64,000 nucleotides of DNA. It comes from a virus (lineage: Duplodnaviria; Caudoviricetes). The notes beneath the pieces were generated by a model. The model saw only the letters and a list, made by a program, of their open reading frames with translations, searched no databases and was not told the origin of the DNA. Below, in pieces: positions 41,601 through 52,100 of the stretch. The stretch covers positions 949 through 64,948 of the IMG/VR virus record IMGVR_UViG_3300047550_006373. One strand, 5' to 3'. Each line of letters begins with the position of its first letter. The stretch's first letter is position 1. The translations under genes were made by a program, and so were the position numbers.

Positions 41601-43438
41601 GAGATGCTAGACTTACGCTAAGCCAGCAGCTTGGTACAAGAGATTTAACGCTTCTTGTTGCAGGAACAGATTCTAGGACAGACGGTCTAACAGCGAACGA
41701 CACATACATTTACGGATCACAGCGCCTTGGTTTGTACAGTAAGGGCAATGGATCAACAATGAACGTTGGGATCCACCTGGGAACAAATATAGGATCTAAT
41801 TACGGTGGCATCTCATTCTTCACGGCAGCACAAAATGCAGCTGCAGCTACTAGAATGGTCGTAGACTCCTCAGGGAATGTGGGAATAGGAACTACGCAAC
41901 CGAGCCTGCCGCTCGATGTAGCAGGCTATACAAGATCGTCTTCTGGGTTCCTATCTCCGCTCACAAATTCGGGCTATGGATTCCATCCAGGTAGAAGCTC
42001 TTCAACAACAGGCGCAACAATTGGTGCTTCTTCGGGCGTGAGCAGCAATTACAACGGCCTTTTTCTAGAGTCAAATGCTTTTACAGGATCACAGGCAAAT
42101 ACTTCTCTTCCGACGTGGAGAATTCTTCTCGGCGGCGGGGCCCTAGAATGGGGAACAGACGCTTTTTCAGTCGGCAGAGTTGCAGCTGGTGGCACATTCT
42201 CAACACCTTCAACTCTTTTCACGCTTAATAGCTCAGGTCACGCACTTCCTGGTACCGATGATGCACAGGATCTTGGATCATCGACAAAGAGATGGAGAAA
42301 TCTCTATGCAACTTCGATATCTGGTTCAATAACCGGCAGCAATGTTTCTGCAGGTCAAGTCGTTGTAGCAGGTACGGGAGGCGTATTAAGTGGCTCAAAC
42401 AACTTCTGGTGGAACAATACATCTAGAAGCGTAGGAATAGGAACTTCTTCTCCTGCCGGGTTGTTTGAGGTGTCGAGCAGCCTTTCAGGAAACAGGAATG
42501 CCAATCTAAGAATTGGAATTGATTTCTTGGGATTGATTTCTGTAAACACATACAAGGCCAACACACAAATCTGGTATCACGCCGATGGTACGCAGAGGAT
42601 GGCCATCGATGGAAACGGCAATGTCGGAATTGGAACACACACAATAAATACGGCCCGACTTCACGTGTCAGGAAGCGTTGATTCTCAAGCAACCTTCATA
42701 GCTCAGGCTCCGCAAGAACAAACGGGTGGAGTTGCCGTTCTTGAAGTGAACAAATCTTCTGGTGCGTCTTTGTTGTTCGTAAGCGGCAGCGGCAACGTCG
42801 GAATCGGAACTCGAACACCAGCGGAAAATCTTTCAATCCATAGATCAGGCGGACAGGACAGGGTCGGTTTTGGCGTATCAAGCGCAGTTTCAACTATTTA
42901 TCTCGGTTCCACCACGAGCACGGAAGCTTACAGGGCTATTGAGTTCGATCGATCTGTAGGAAAGCTATTCTTCAAGTACGGAACGGTAGGATCGTCTCTC
43001 TCGACCTCTACGACCATAGATAGCTCAGGAAATGTCGGAATCGGAACGACATCACCTGGATTTAGCCTCGAAGTCAACGGAACATTCGCAGCAACGACCA
43101 AGAGCTTCGTGATTGCTCACCCGACAAGACCTGGATGGAAACTTCGGTATGGATCTCTTGAGGGACCTGAAAACGGAGTGTACGTCAGGGGAACGGGAGA
43201 TTCAGAAACCATCGAGCTACCAGAATATTGGGAACCTCTCGTCGACGAAGCTTCTATCACGGTACAGATCACACCTGTAGGAAGATGGCAGTCTTTGTTC
43301 GTAGAGAGCGTTGAAAATAATCGAATTAAAATTGGAAGAGGATGGTTAATGAAGCTATTCGGAATTAAACCACAGTTCTTCTACACTGTCACTGCAAACA
43401 GAAAAGACGTCAAATTTGAAGCTGAGTATGTTGCTTAG
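35669..43438 (+). CDS. giant tail fibre protein 1 (2589 aa) with collagen-like segment and probable C-terminal chaperone domain
   Basis: Gly-X-Thr repeats, many GNVGIGT repeats, SGSLT.L.DGTSYL.AG repeats, terminal TKSFVIAHP...[17 protein letters not shown] domain. Confidence 0.8.
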   Translation: MAINKKPNDVIVFVSENGSIKRTVLTTDVQVGTAGSTSDLQITGDLFLSTKSVSLNPGGSYNIGKASTLLDVTIKSGSGNVTIYLPAQSRDGVLYYIKDSSGKASTNNIIIKAAGSDLIDGTNSKTLASNYDCAALARVGGKWITLSEQTGGGGGATGPTGPTGPTGATGATGSSGSPGAAGPTGATGPTGPTGATGATGATGATGATGSTGPVGGSDTQVVFNDGGVAAGSSGLTYNKSTQSLTGTYVVASTGFSGSLTRLTDGTSYLVAGNGIGIVSGANGSVTISNTAPRFYQWSELSPSPSLNTTASISIAGALGSSYSVTNVGSDVFFFVSGSITGSGSNAKKSVFGGDVSVSGSLEMFGDVLEVSGTIVATEGISGSLTRLSDGTSYLIAGNNIGISSASNGSVTISTTATANQDFFFSTTPGSIYTTGSAAFIGNQVGVDSPYDIGAHVNFYVSGTRTSTGADDPSIVFRGDTFISGAFGVSDYIQMKPVGSLRIPTNTTASYIYTSGSTNDIYFTQYQPGTGYTNTTRLRWIEGGLSTGLLNGGVLSTTVGSTNFNITAGSGIILTYNASTVSDPYPTIRYITWPASSSISLTYSGSAQITYVGINSSGGVIQQTTPFSGNDFADRIAIGRVLHQTGSVTNGTITAPAVAYANSFTNEQFNRAFGPLKVSGHVLSNSGSNLSIAKTAGVSYVIGRNYTSNPDSPNLVLPTTDPAPTTCKIFREYLSGSTSVIDTGVGTAGYAVIDPTKYNNNGTLAAVAAGQFTIQRVFWYPNSVNKALYVYYGNSTYATLDLAEAGLATEIFTEGDNTLEAAVYVGAVLVKGNATDLSNTSQARFVQGGLFRGSGIGGGGAGIGATVPGGLDTYVQFNDGGSTFGGDPGLTFDKINHILRVGDGITSAKIITAGSNFDLINTSATTVNFAGAATAINMGTSTGTNVISGTIKAPQGFSGSLTRLTDGSQYIIAGDNVTIVTGSNGSIAISSSSPPGTVSGTGTINYIPVWTGANTISDSSVIYNAGNSVGIGTTETNGNTLSVNGLTAITGSIFPGISLTHDLGSLAKSWRDLYARTGSFSGDLTVSGDLRVLGTSSIINSEIVNIKDNAILLNAGPSPLSFGGVYVADTTAGTTGSIIWDAVTDRWKAGYVGNEINLVTTGSTDNLYNKTITISGASFNTISGGTQGGVGYFNTSGYLSSSAVGTLGQILQSAGTSSPTWIDFGLLVSGSSVITGSGTANYHAKFTSGNAIANSLVYDDGTSVGVNNTSPSATLHVGNNDSATLLLNGASKLLFRDSGTYIQELSGLQLESGVGRAIALRTSNSERVRIDTSGNVGIGTNTYGSRLYVSGSSSSTSPVVTIREGVAASTTAVGVLDAQSYTGTSLLFVSGSGFVGIGTNTQNGTSAGSILHVSSSLTGNANSQLIIGAQFFGTSINLYRGFTQVFQLADGTESMRIAFNGNVGIGTASGINSKLVVNGSLSVTGSILPGSDNSYTLGSSSARWSNMVATSISGSLTRLSDGTSYIVAGNNVTVATGSNGSVTVSAPNLASSTAAFVTIGNDSTLTNERALAAGTGLNLVDGGSNSSVTLGINDSVVATISGSTFAGAVKFNQGLSGSLTKLIDGTSYLIAGSNVTVVTGSNGAVTLSAPNLAPSTSAFVTVGNDSNLSNERALTSGTGLILTDGGANNNVTLGISDSVVATISGSTFTGAVKFNAGLSGSLTQLTNGTSYLVAGSNVAITTGSNGQVTIASSSPSGTVTGTGTTNFLTKWTGTSTIGDSVLSSVGSEVGVTGSILPGVDNTYNLGSSAKRWNSIYAFNISGSLTGSNVVSGQVVVAGNGGVLSGSNNFWWDNSNSRVGIGTSSPTANLTVFGSSANTNVRIGEVFTNYVGINLNGSTSVNDYNILSRASDQTLYINRPSGNAIRFRESNSDQIVIASGGSVGIGTATATSDRLTIYAQGNQANPTSVDIASSDGTTYGDARLTLSQQLGTRDLTLLVAGTDSRTDGLTANDTYIYGSQRLGLYSKGNGSTMNVGIHLGTNIGSNYGGISFFTAAQNAAAATRMVVDSSGNVGIGTTQPSLPLDVAGYTRSSSGFLSPLTNSGYGFHPGRSSSTTGATIGASSGVSSNYNGLFLESNAFTGSQANTSLPTWRILLGGGALEWGTDAFSVGRVAAGGTFSTPSTLFTLNSSGHALPGTDDAQDLGSSTKRWRNLYATSISGSITGSNVSAGQVVVAGTGGVLSGSNNFWWNNTSRSVGIGTSSPAGLFEVSSSLSGNRNANLRIGIDFLGLISVNTYKANTQIWYHADGTQRMAIDGNGNVGIGTHTINTARLHVSGSVDSQATFIAQAPQEQTGGVAVLEVNKSSGASLLFVSGSGNVGIGTRTPAENLSIHRSGGQDRVGFGVSSAVSTIYLGSTTSTEAYRAIEFDRSVGKLFFKYGTVGSSLSTSTTIDSSGNVGIGTTSPGFSLEVNGTFAATTKSFVIAHPTRPGWKLRYGSLEGPENGVYVRGTGDSETIELPEYWEPLVDEASITVQITPVGRWQSLFVESVENNRIKIGRGWLMKLFGIKPQFFYTVTANRKDVKFEAEYVA
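36131..36310 (+). repeat. collagen-like (Gly-X-Y)20 coding repeat
   Basis: [12 protein letters not shown]...GSTGPV; 16 of 20 triplets have Thr at Y; tandem ggtcctact units in the DNA. Confidence 0.9.
40202..40920 (+). repeat. intragenic tandem duplication, 309-nt (103-aa) period, about 2.3 copies
   Basis: Units start with agcggatct at 40202, 40511 and 40820. The first two units are near-identical in protein (…APNLA…FVT.GNDS.L.NERAL..GTGL…[20 protein letters not shown]). Confidence 0.85.
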
Positions 43439-43508
43439 TGAAGTTTCTTACTTCCAAGAGGCTTAACTTGGTCGAAGCTTGATCTCTTGCTGATAATTAG
43501 AGACCGAA

Positions 43509-46500
43509 ATGCCGCGCGACATATTAATAGATCCTCAAAGAACAGGATCGGGAAATCCTAACATTCAGTTCAGCGGATCTGCGGGCAACCCGTTGAGACT
43601 TGAAGTGCTCAGTGAAGGATCTGTTCAATTCACTGGTGTGTCAGGATCTTTATTCAAGATATCAGATTTCCCAGTCGCCGGTGGCGGTCTAAACTCTCTT
43701 TTTCTCAGTGGAACAACTGCGATTACAGGATCATTCTTGCCTGGTGTCACAGATCTTTATGATCTCGGATCTAGCACAAAACGTTGGGCAAACATATTTG
43801 CAACAAGTATTAGCGGTTCCTTGACAGGAAGCAATGTCCTCGCAGGGCAGGTCGTAGTAGCAGGCACAGGCGGAGTGCTCAGTGGGTCCAACGTCTTTTG
43901 GTGGGACAATACGAACAAAAGAGTAGGAATAGGTACGAGTTCAGGACTCACAACTCTTCTCTATTTGACGGGTTCCAGCTCTGACGGCATCACAATAAGA
44001 ACAGACACAGCACCCAGAGTCTCATACCAGAGAAGCAGCGACGGACAAGGCTGGAGTGCTGGGTATGACATAGTCAACAATGGATTTGTAATTTCCCAGA
44101 GTCCAACTTCTCTTACGACGACGCAAAGACTCTTTATTAATAGTGGAGGCTATGTAGGTGTTGGAACCGTTACACCTCTTGCTCGTTTTTATATAACGGG
44201 CTCCTCTACAGCTTCGGACACAACATTCCTTGTTCGAGAAGGTGTGACATCTCCCGTAGGAAGCGCAAATATTTTAAATGTACAGAACTCATCTGGCACT
44301 TCCATTCTCATGGTTAGTGGAAGCGGTAAAGTTGGAATCGGTGCGGCACCTGCATATTCTTCCCCGCTCTATGTTTTTGGAAATAATAGCTTCCCGCAGA
44401 TTACGGCAGCAGGTTCTTCTGGAATATCTCCGAATGGAACCTCGGGCTACAATCTAAAAATAGATTCAACAGATCTGTGGCAGCTAATAACTGATAACAA
44501 CGCTTCTAACTTTTTCTTTTTACAATACAATAACACTTCGCTGGGAAGGTATTTGTCTGTTTCAACTACGGGAAATGTTGGTATTGGAACGACAATTCCC
44601 AATAGTAATTCAGGATACACTACTCTTACTCTGGCAAGTTCTACTACGGGCGGAAGAACCGACTATAACCAGTCCTCTACTGCCGTAGGAAGCATCTATA
44701 ATGATTCAAGTGCGCTGTATGTACAAGGAAATGCAAGCAAAATATTAGTTCTTGGAACTAATGCTTCGGAAAAAGTAAGAATCGATACATCGGGAAACGT
44801 TGGTATTGGAACAGCAACACCTGCTGCTCTCCTTACAGTCAGCGGAACCATCGTCACGAAGTACAGCACAGGTCTCGAATCTTACATAGCTGCAGGAACT
44901 TACTCAGCAGGGGCAGCTGGTTTTTATCCCATCTATAACACTCAATCTGCGACTGGCGGTCTCTTCGGAGCAAATGACACTGTCATCAAATACGCCGCGG
45001 CAGGAAACAATTTTGTTCTTCTTCACGGCACGACTGTCGTGATGACAGCAAATTCAAGCGAAAGCGTTGGAATTGGATCAACAACATCTATCTCTGCAAG
45101 ATTCCAAGTAAGCGGATCTTCCACTTCTTCCACACCCACTATGATCGTTCGTGAAGGCGTTGTATCTCCAACGGCGGGAGTCGGAGTCTTTGACGTTCAA
45201 AACTCTGCCGGAACATCGATACTTTTCGTAACAGGATCACAGAGAGTCGGCATTGGTACTACGGCTCCGCAGGCCGCTTTCCACGTTGTCAATGGATCCG
45301 TGCCAAACGCTGCGAACCTCTATGTCGGATACGTGGGATCCAACAACTACTACGATGCCAACCAGCACTATTACAGGGATGGCAGCGGCAACACGAGACT
45401 CACCATCTCTTCAGGTGGAAATGTTGCTCCCGGCAGTGACAACACACAAGACCTGGGATCCACAGCGCTTCGTTGGAGAAATGTATACGCCACGTCTGTG
45501 TCCGGTTCCCTCACCGGAAGCAACGTCCTTGCAGGTCAGGTCGTTGTCGCCGGAACAGGCGGAGTCCTCAGTGGAACTAATAATTTTACCTATGATAATT
45601 CAACAGGTAACTTGACAATTAGCGGATCTCTCCGATCTGTTTATTCAGTCGGAGATGAAGGTGGAGAGATATTCTTTGCCAAGCCGCAGACAAACACGTC
45701 GATCAACACAGGCGTCACGATCGACATGTATCAAAACAAGATAAGAATATTTGAGACGGGCGGAACAAACCGCGGCGGCTACTTTGACATTACGTCTCTC
45801 GGAGCCGCGGCGTCTACGAATCTTGCTGGCAGCGGCGGGGCGACTTCTACAAACTATTGGTTTGAGTCTGCTATCAACACGATCTATTCGACAGGAAGTG
45901 TTGGCGTTGGAACAAACAGCTACGCTGCAAGATTCTTCGTGTCGGGATCGAGTACCGCTTCTACGCCTACAATGATAGTTCGTGAAGGTGTCTCCTCTCC
46001 CACAAGTGGCGTCGGAATATTAAACGTTCAGAACTCTGCGGGAACTTCAATTCTTTTCGTGAGCGGCAGCGGAAATGTTGGTATTGGCACGGCGACCCCC
46101 GGCGCGAAACTTCACGTTATTGGTAGTACCAACGTTTCAGCAATTTTCTCTACTACCAATGCTACGCAATCTTATATTCAGTTAGCCTACAACACAGGCA
46201 CAACGTTTGGTTATGTAGGAAATGGAACAAGTCTCGTCACGGGAGCGGGAAATACAGACCTTGCTTTGAGGTCTGAGACTGGCGGCAACATACTGTTTGC
46301 TTCTGGTGGTTCGACTGAGAGGGTCAGAATAGACACCAGTGGCAACGTCGGCATCGGAACGTCTTCTTACACCGGACGCCTCTACATCTCAGGATCATCA
46401 ACGGCTTCGACTCCCACAATGGTAGTCCGCGAAGGCGTGGTCTCACCGACAGGTGGCGCAGGAACCTTTGATGTTCAGAATTCTGCAGGAACATCACTCC

Positions 46501-49151
46501 TCTTCGTGAGTGGTAGCGGAAGAGTCGGCATCGGAACGACTGCACCGTATCAGAAGTTCACTCTCTACAACGGCTCCCTCGCGATCGACGCAGGTACTAC
46601 GTCGCAGTACGTTCGAATCTCCCAAAACTCCACCACGTCTTTCATAGATTCCATGGCTTCAGGCGGTTCTTTCCGCGTGAGAGTCAATGCAGGAGCGACG
46701 GAAGCAATATTCGCAGACTCCAGCGGAAATGTCGGCATCGGAACAACCAGCCCGAGTGCCAAGCTGAACGTAAACGGAACGGGATTGATTTCAAGCTATG
46801 TTGGAATAGGTCCCAATATCGACTCTACGGTGAAGCTGTATGTCACCAATCCAGACTCCTCGTCGACTAGCTACATAGGGTTGTTTACCCAGAATGGAGG
46901 CGTGCAAGCCGCCGCTTTCATGGGAGACTTGACAGTCAGACTTGCAAACAACGCTTTGCGAGTCGATGGTTCGACAGGAAACGTTGGCATTGGATTTACT
47001 GGTACTACTGCTAGGCTTTTTGTTTCAGGCTCTTCAACTGCCTCCACACCAACAATGGTGGTCCGCGAAGGCGTGGTCTCACCCACAGGTGGAGCAGGAA
47101 CCTTCGATGTACAAAACTCTGCTGGAACAACGTTGCTCTTCGTTTCAGGAAGCGGAAGAATCGGTATCGGCACGTCATCACCAGGTTACGATGTGCAGAT
47201 TGGAAGCACATCAACTTTAGGAACTCGCACGCTAGTACTAACTGACTTAGGATATGGAATCAAGATCGCGGGAGGAAATGGTAACGGAATAATTCAAAGT
47301 CTCGGCACAGGTGTTCCCCTAGAGCTTCAGTCAGCCAACAGCAACAACGGCAACTACATCTTCTCCAGCACAGGAAACGTAGGAATAGGAACCGCCACCG
47401 TCACATCGAAGCTTCACGTCTACACCACACAGAGCGACGCAACCGCAACGCCAAGCGTCGACATAAATGCGGCATTTGCCAGGATAGGCGATGCAACTAC
47501 AGGACTTACTTTCAACAACGGAGTTGGAATAAAGTTTCACGATGCAGGAAATGTTCACTACAGCATAGGACAGCTTTCCGGAAACTTCTACATGTCGCAG
47601 ACTAGCGACAATGGAAACGTTCTCTTTTCACCCGCAAGAACAGACGTAATTGTCTTCAACTCTTCTGGTAACGTGGGAATAGGTAGCACCACGCCTGGTT
47701 ATAAACTCGATGTCAACGGCGACATAAATCTAGCTTCGACAAAAATTCTCAGAGTTAACGGGACTGCTGTTGTCAATACACAGGGATCAAACGGCTCTGA
47801 CATTTACATGAATGCCAGAGCCGTCAGGAATGAATCTTCTGTAAACACGGACGGTTTGTATCTCGGATACGGAAACAGCGGCACTACCGCAGGCCACATT
47901 AGGTTCTTTGCGAATGGAACCACTGAGAGAATGAAGATAGCTGCTGACACGGGGTCTGTCATAATAAGCGATCTCGCAGGAAGTGTTTCAACATCAACCG
48001 CAAGACTTCTTGTCTCTGGTTCCACTACTTCGACTACTCCCACGATGGTGGTGAAAGAAGGAACAACAGCTTCCAGTACTGCTGTTGGTGTTCTAGACGC
48101 ACAAAGTTACACAGGTAACTCTCTATTCTTTGTCAGCGGAAGCGGATTCGTTGGAATTGGAACAAATACTCCTTCGTCTCCTACATTTCCAATTGCAGGA
48201 GGAAAATTTCAGGTATCAAGCAGTAACACAGGAACATCGGCATTCGGTCTCATCGTAGGCGCACAGTTCGTAGGTTACTCACTCAACTATTACGATGCTT
48301 CAACACACATCTTCAGACACTCAGACGGATCAACTAGAAAGATATCTCTAGACAGCAACGGAAACGTTGGAATAGGAAACGTTGCCGCTATCGGATCAGG
48401 GTATAGCCCGCTCGCTCGCCTTATGGTTACGGGATCTAGCGATTCCACTGCGGCAGGGCTTACAGTAAAATCGGGTCTCCCATCACCAGTAGCTTCAGTT
48501 CTTGATATTCAAAATAATGATGGGACAACGTTATTTTTTGTCTCAGGATCAGGAAACGTAGGAATTGGAACGAATATTTCCAACGGAAATAAATTGTCTG
48601 TCAGCGGTGAGACCGCAATCACGGGATCGGTTACTCCCGGCGTCGATAACACATATAGCTTAGGTTCTTCCGGAAAGCGCTGGAAGACCATCTACGTTGC
48701 GACCGGCTCGATAGCGAACGTCGTATTCTCACCAGTCTCTACGGGTGCTACTTACGTCACAACGTTCGCTTCTGGCGAGTCTGGTCGTCTGACTGCTACA
48801 AAGACGATTAACTCTTCCACAAATACCACGTTCTTCACTGTCGCAGAGAATAACGGAGCATCGATGTTTGACGTATCTTTTGTGGTGAGTGAAGGTGGTT
48901 TCTCTGTTGCAAGAAAATATTCTGTTGCTTCACAGTACGGAACGAGCTCAACAAACGTCGTGTCTTTCAAGACAGTCGACACAGGGCCGTATTCAGGAAA
49001 TGATCTGACAGTTACTTTTACTAAGACGTCGGCGACTGTAACAACTTGTACTGTATCTCAGAATTCAGGTGGTGCAGTCAACATAGCAATGACAATAGAT
49101 ATTTCTGCGATATCCTCGGGAGGAGCTCCCACCACGGTCACAATCTTCTAA
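43509..49151 (+). CDS. giant tail fibre protein 2 (1880 aa)
   Basis: GNVGIGT repeats; about 7 copies of the SGSST.STPTM.VREG…DVQNS.GTS.LFVSGSG module; modules shared with fibre 1. Confidence 0.8.
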   Translation: MPRDILIDPQRTGSGNPNIQFSGSAGNPLRLEVLSEGSVQFTGVSGSLFKISDFPVAGGGLNSLFLSGTTAITGSFLPGVTDLYDLGSSTKRWANIFATSISGSLTGSNVLAGQVVVAGTGGVLSGSNVFWWDNTNKRVGIGTSSGLTTLLYLTGSSSDGITIRTDTAPRVSYQRSSDGQGWSAGYDIVNNGFVISQSPTSLTTTQRLFINSGGYVGVGTVTPLARFYITGSSTASDTTFLVREGVTSPVGSANILNVQNSSGTSILMVSGSGKVGIGAAPAYSSPLYVFGNNSFPQITAAGSSGISPNGTSGYNLKIDSTDLWQLITDNNASNFFFLQYNNTSLGRYLSVSTTGNVGIGTTIPNSNSGYTTLTLASSTTGGRTDYNQSSTAVGSIYNDSSALYVQGNASKILVLGTNASEKVRIDTSGNVGIGTATPAALLTVSGTIVTKYSTGLESYIAAGTYSAGAAGFYPIYNTQSATGGLFGANDTVIKYAAAGNNFVLLHGTTVVMTANSSESVGIGSTTSISARFQVSGSSTSSTPTMIVREGVVSPTAGVGVFDVQNSAGTSILFVTGSQRVGIGTTAPQAAFHVVNGSVPNAANLYVGYVGSNNYYDANQHYYRDGSGNTRLTISSGGNVAPGSDNTQDLGSTALRWRNVYATSVSGSLTGSNVLAGQVVVAGTGGVLSGTNNFTYDNSTGNLTISGSLRSVYSVGDEGGEIFFAKPQTNTSINTGVTIDMYQNKIRIFETGGTNRGGYFDITSLGAAASTNLAGSGGATSTNYWFESAINTIYSTGSVGVGTNSYAARFFVSGSSTASTPTMIVREGVSSPTSGVGILNVQNSAGTSILFVSGSGNVGIGTATPGAKLHVIGSTNVSAIFSTTNATQSYIQLAYNTGTTFGYVGNGTSLVTGAGNTDLALRSETGGNILFASGGSTERVRIDTSGNVGIGTSSYTGRLYISGSSTASTPTMVVREGVVSPTGGAGTFDVQNSAGTSLLFVSGSGRVGIGTTAPYQKFTLYNGSLAIDAGTTSQYVRISQNSTTSFIDSMASGGSFRVRVNAGATEAIFADSSGNVGIGTTSPSAKLNVNGTGLISSYVGIGPNIDSTVKLYVTNPDSSSTSYIGLFTQNGGVQAAAFMGDLTVRLANNALRVDGSTGNVGIGFTGTTARLFVSGSSTASTPTMVVREGVVSPTGGAGTFDVQNSAGTTLLFVSGSGRIGIGTSSPGYDVQIGSTSTLGTRTLVLTDLGYGIKIAGGNGNGIIQSLGTGVPLELQSANSNNGNYIFSSTGNVGIGTATVTSKLHVYTTQSDATATPSVDINAAFARIGDATTGLTFNNGVGIKFHDAGNVHYSIGQLSGNFYMSQTSDNGNVLFSPARTDVIVFNSSGNVGIGSTTPGYKLDVNGDINLASTKILRVNGTAVVNTQGSNGSDIYMNARAVRNESSVNTDGLYLGYGNSGTTAGHIRFFANGTTERMKIAADTGSVIISDLAGSVSTSTARLLVSGSTTSTTPTMVVKEGTTASSTAVGVLDAQSYTGNSLFFVSGSGFVGIGTNTPSSPTFPIAGGKFQVSSSNTGTSAFGLIVGAQFVGYSLNYYDASTHIFRHSDGSTRKISLDSNGNVGIGNVAAIGSGYSPLARLMVTGSSDSTAAGLTVKSGLPSPVASVLDIQNNDGTTLFFVSGSGNVGIGTNISNGNKLSVSGETAITGSVTPGVDNTYSLGSSGKRWKTIYVATGSIANVVFSPVSTGATYVTTFASGESGRLTATKTINSSTNTTFFTVAENNGASMFDVSFVVSEGGFSVARKYSVASQYGTSSTNVVSFKTVDTGPYSGNDLTVTFTKTSATVTTCTVSQNSGGAVNIAMTIDISAISSGGAPTTVTIF

Positions 49152-49163
49152 CGAGAAAAACAC

Positions 49164-52100
49164 ATGGCAACAAACTTTTCATTTAACGACTTTCTCGTAA
49201 TCGACACAACGGGTTCTATAGGGATAGGTTCAACTAATCCGCAGGCAAGACTGTTTGTGACAGGATCTAATTCAGTCACGAGTCAAACGACTGTAATTTT
49301 TAGACCTGGTACATCGGATCAATTAGCTGGTGCTGCCGTATTAGATGTTCAAAATTCAGGCGGTTCATCTTTGCTATTTGTGAGCGGAAGCGGAAATATT
49401 GGAATTGGAACTACGCCTTCGTACAAGCTCGATGTCAACGGGCAGGTGCGTGCATCTGCACTTGTAGATCTTCAGAATACATCTTATCTTGTTGACCCAG
49501 CAAGTACTTCAGTTTTAAATCTAGTCAATGCTACCGGCTTCTATGATGCCGACGGAGGAAGTGCTCGAAGATTTGTCAATCCTGGTGGTGGATCTATAAC
49601 TGGAACGACTCCGTCTCAGACGGGAGCGCTTAAAATAAGATTTCCGTCTTCGAGGAACAATTCCTCGACAATGATAATTTTGACTGTTAAGATCTATGAG
49701 TATGTCACAGGTCGCACGCAAGAGTACAGAATTGGCGGCTACAATTATGCACTTGGCAATTGGTACAACGTATTTGCATATAATTTAACCGATTCAGGTC
49801 CCAACTACTCGATAAGATTTGGATACGACGGCACGAGCGACTGCATATGGATCGGAGAGACGACGTCAACCTGGACTTACCCGCAGGCTTACATTACCGA
49901 GGTACTGACGGGATATTCTGGTTTTAGTGCAGACTGGTCGAACGGATGGTCGATGTCCTGGATCACTACCTTTGACACAGTTGAGCAAGGTCCTTATACA
50001 CCGAACAGATTCTGGGGGAACAGCAATGACGGTACAGGAAGCGGTCTCGATGCAGACCTCCTCGATGGATATCACGCGTCCTCTTTTGGACTTGGCACAG
50101 GAACGCAGAATTATGTTGCAAAATGGACGGCAACAAGTAATGCCCTTGGAAATTCACAAATTTATGATGACGCAACGAACGTAGGCGTCGGAACTGCAAC
50201 TACTCACGGAAAACTAACCATCTACAAAGACGGAACAGGTAATGCAGAGATCCTTACTCTAAAGACGACTTATCCCAGCGACAGCACTTATAAGTCTTTA
50301 ACGTGGCGAGATGGATCAAACATTACGGGACAAATTGATACACGCTACAACGGTACAACTGTCGACATGGTATTTGGAAGTCTCTACAACAGCGGCTATA
50401 ACACCACAGAGCGGCTCAGGATTACGGGTGCAGGAAATATAGGAATTGGAACCACAAATGCCACCGCAAAACTAACGATATCTTCTTCCACTCCGGCTTC
50501 AATAGACGTTGGTCTGAATAGATCTTATACAGTGTTAAATAGCAACACGGGATCCATCAATTTTGTCTCTCTTCCGTCAGTAGGAACGAGAGGAACTCAC
50601 GACTATGGGTCAATAGTTGTAAAGGGAAACAGCCCTAGCGGAGTTAACGATGGAGGTTCTTCTGTATTTGAATTAAAAGTGGGCGGAGCATCATCTGCAG
50701 CTACAGATCTAGGCGTTTTTCTTAGGGGCGAGGCGATTGCAGGATCTTCTAATGGACCCGACATGGTCTCTATATTTTCGAGGTCTACGAGAGGACTGGT
50801 AGTTAGCGGTACGTCTGCTAATGTAGGAATTGGTACTACGATTCCTGCTTATCCTCTTCACGTATACAGAAGCGGACTCGCAGACGGTAGCACAAATACA
50901 CACCTCATGTTTGATGGAAAGTTTTCCGCTGCAGGAATCGACCAGAACGACATGATCGGAATGTCTTCTCGTCTTGAAAACTCCGGCGGAGGAAGCCAGA
51001 CAACATTCAATATTGGTTTTTCATATCAGGCGGGAGCAAATGCAATACTCCTTCAGCCCACCTCTGGGTACGTAGGAATCGGAACCAATAATCCTTCTTC
51101 TAAGCTTCATGTTGTCAGCGGTGACATAAGGTTTGACAACACATACGGAGTTATCGGCGCGACAAATACTGCAGGATATGTCCTCCGTGCCGACGGCACG
51201 AGATTCGTCCCCGCCCAGCTGTCTTATTCTGATCTCAGTACAACGAACATGCCCGTGAGGACAGCGTCCTACACTTCGATAACAGGAGTCACAGGTGACT
51301 GGTTTCCCATATTCAAATTCGGGAATAACGATAACACCGGTGCTGCTATATGCACGTTGACGACTGCAGCTCACAGCTCAGTCACATTTACCGTGAGCAA
51401 GGGCTGGGTGGGCAGCGATGTATATGCGATAAACGTTCTCAACTGTATTGTCAATGAAAATGGAGGATTCCCAGCTGTACGTGAAGTCAGAATAATCAGG
51501 GACACAGTGAGCACGTATGACGGTTGGGTAGAGGCAAGGCTCTATTGGAGTTCTGGTCCGACAGTTTTAGTCAAGGCAACGGTGATGACGTCTCCCGTGG
51601 GAGACATAACGTTCGCAGCATCTCTTGCAACATCTGCGGCTACAGTTGGTGGAACAGTGTCAGTTGGTGACAGCGTCGCATTTTCTGCCACTAACTACAA
51701 CATCATGAGGGCAAAGGGAAACATCATCACCCCCTCAAAGATTGGAATCGGAACGACAGACCCCAGTTACAAACTTTCTATATATGATTCTTCGCAAGAT
51801 CAGATCTACATTCGAGGAACTAGCACGAGTAGGTCTGGTATTAGAATAGACAACACAGCTGGGTATCAGTCTCAGATTCTCTTGGCTGATGGAGGGACAG
51901 ACAAGTGGCAATTTGGAAAGCAGACTGATAATACGTTCTTCTTGTATGATGCAACAGCAACCAAGAACATAATCCAGGGAACATACAGAAACCTTGGCAG
52001 GTCAGACATATCTCTTGTTCCATATCAAGACGGACGTGCAGGAATAGGAACAGATCCATCTACTAATGGAAAGCTTGAGATCTACGCGACAGGATCTGCG

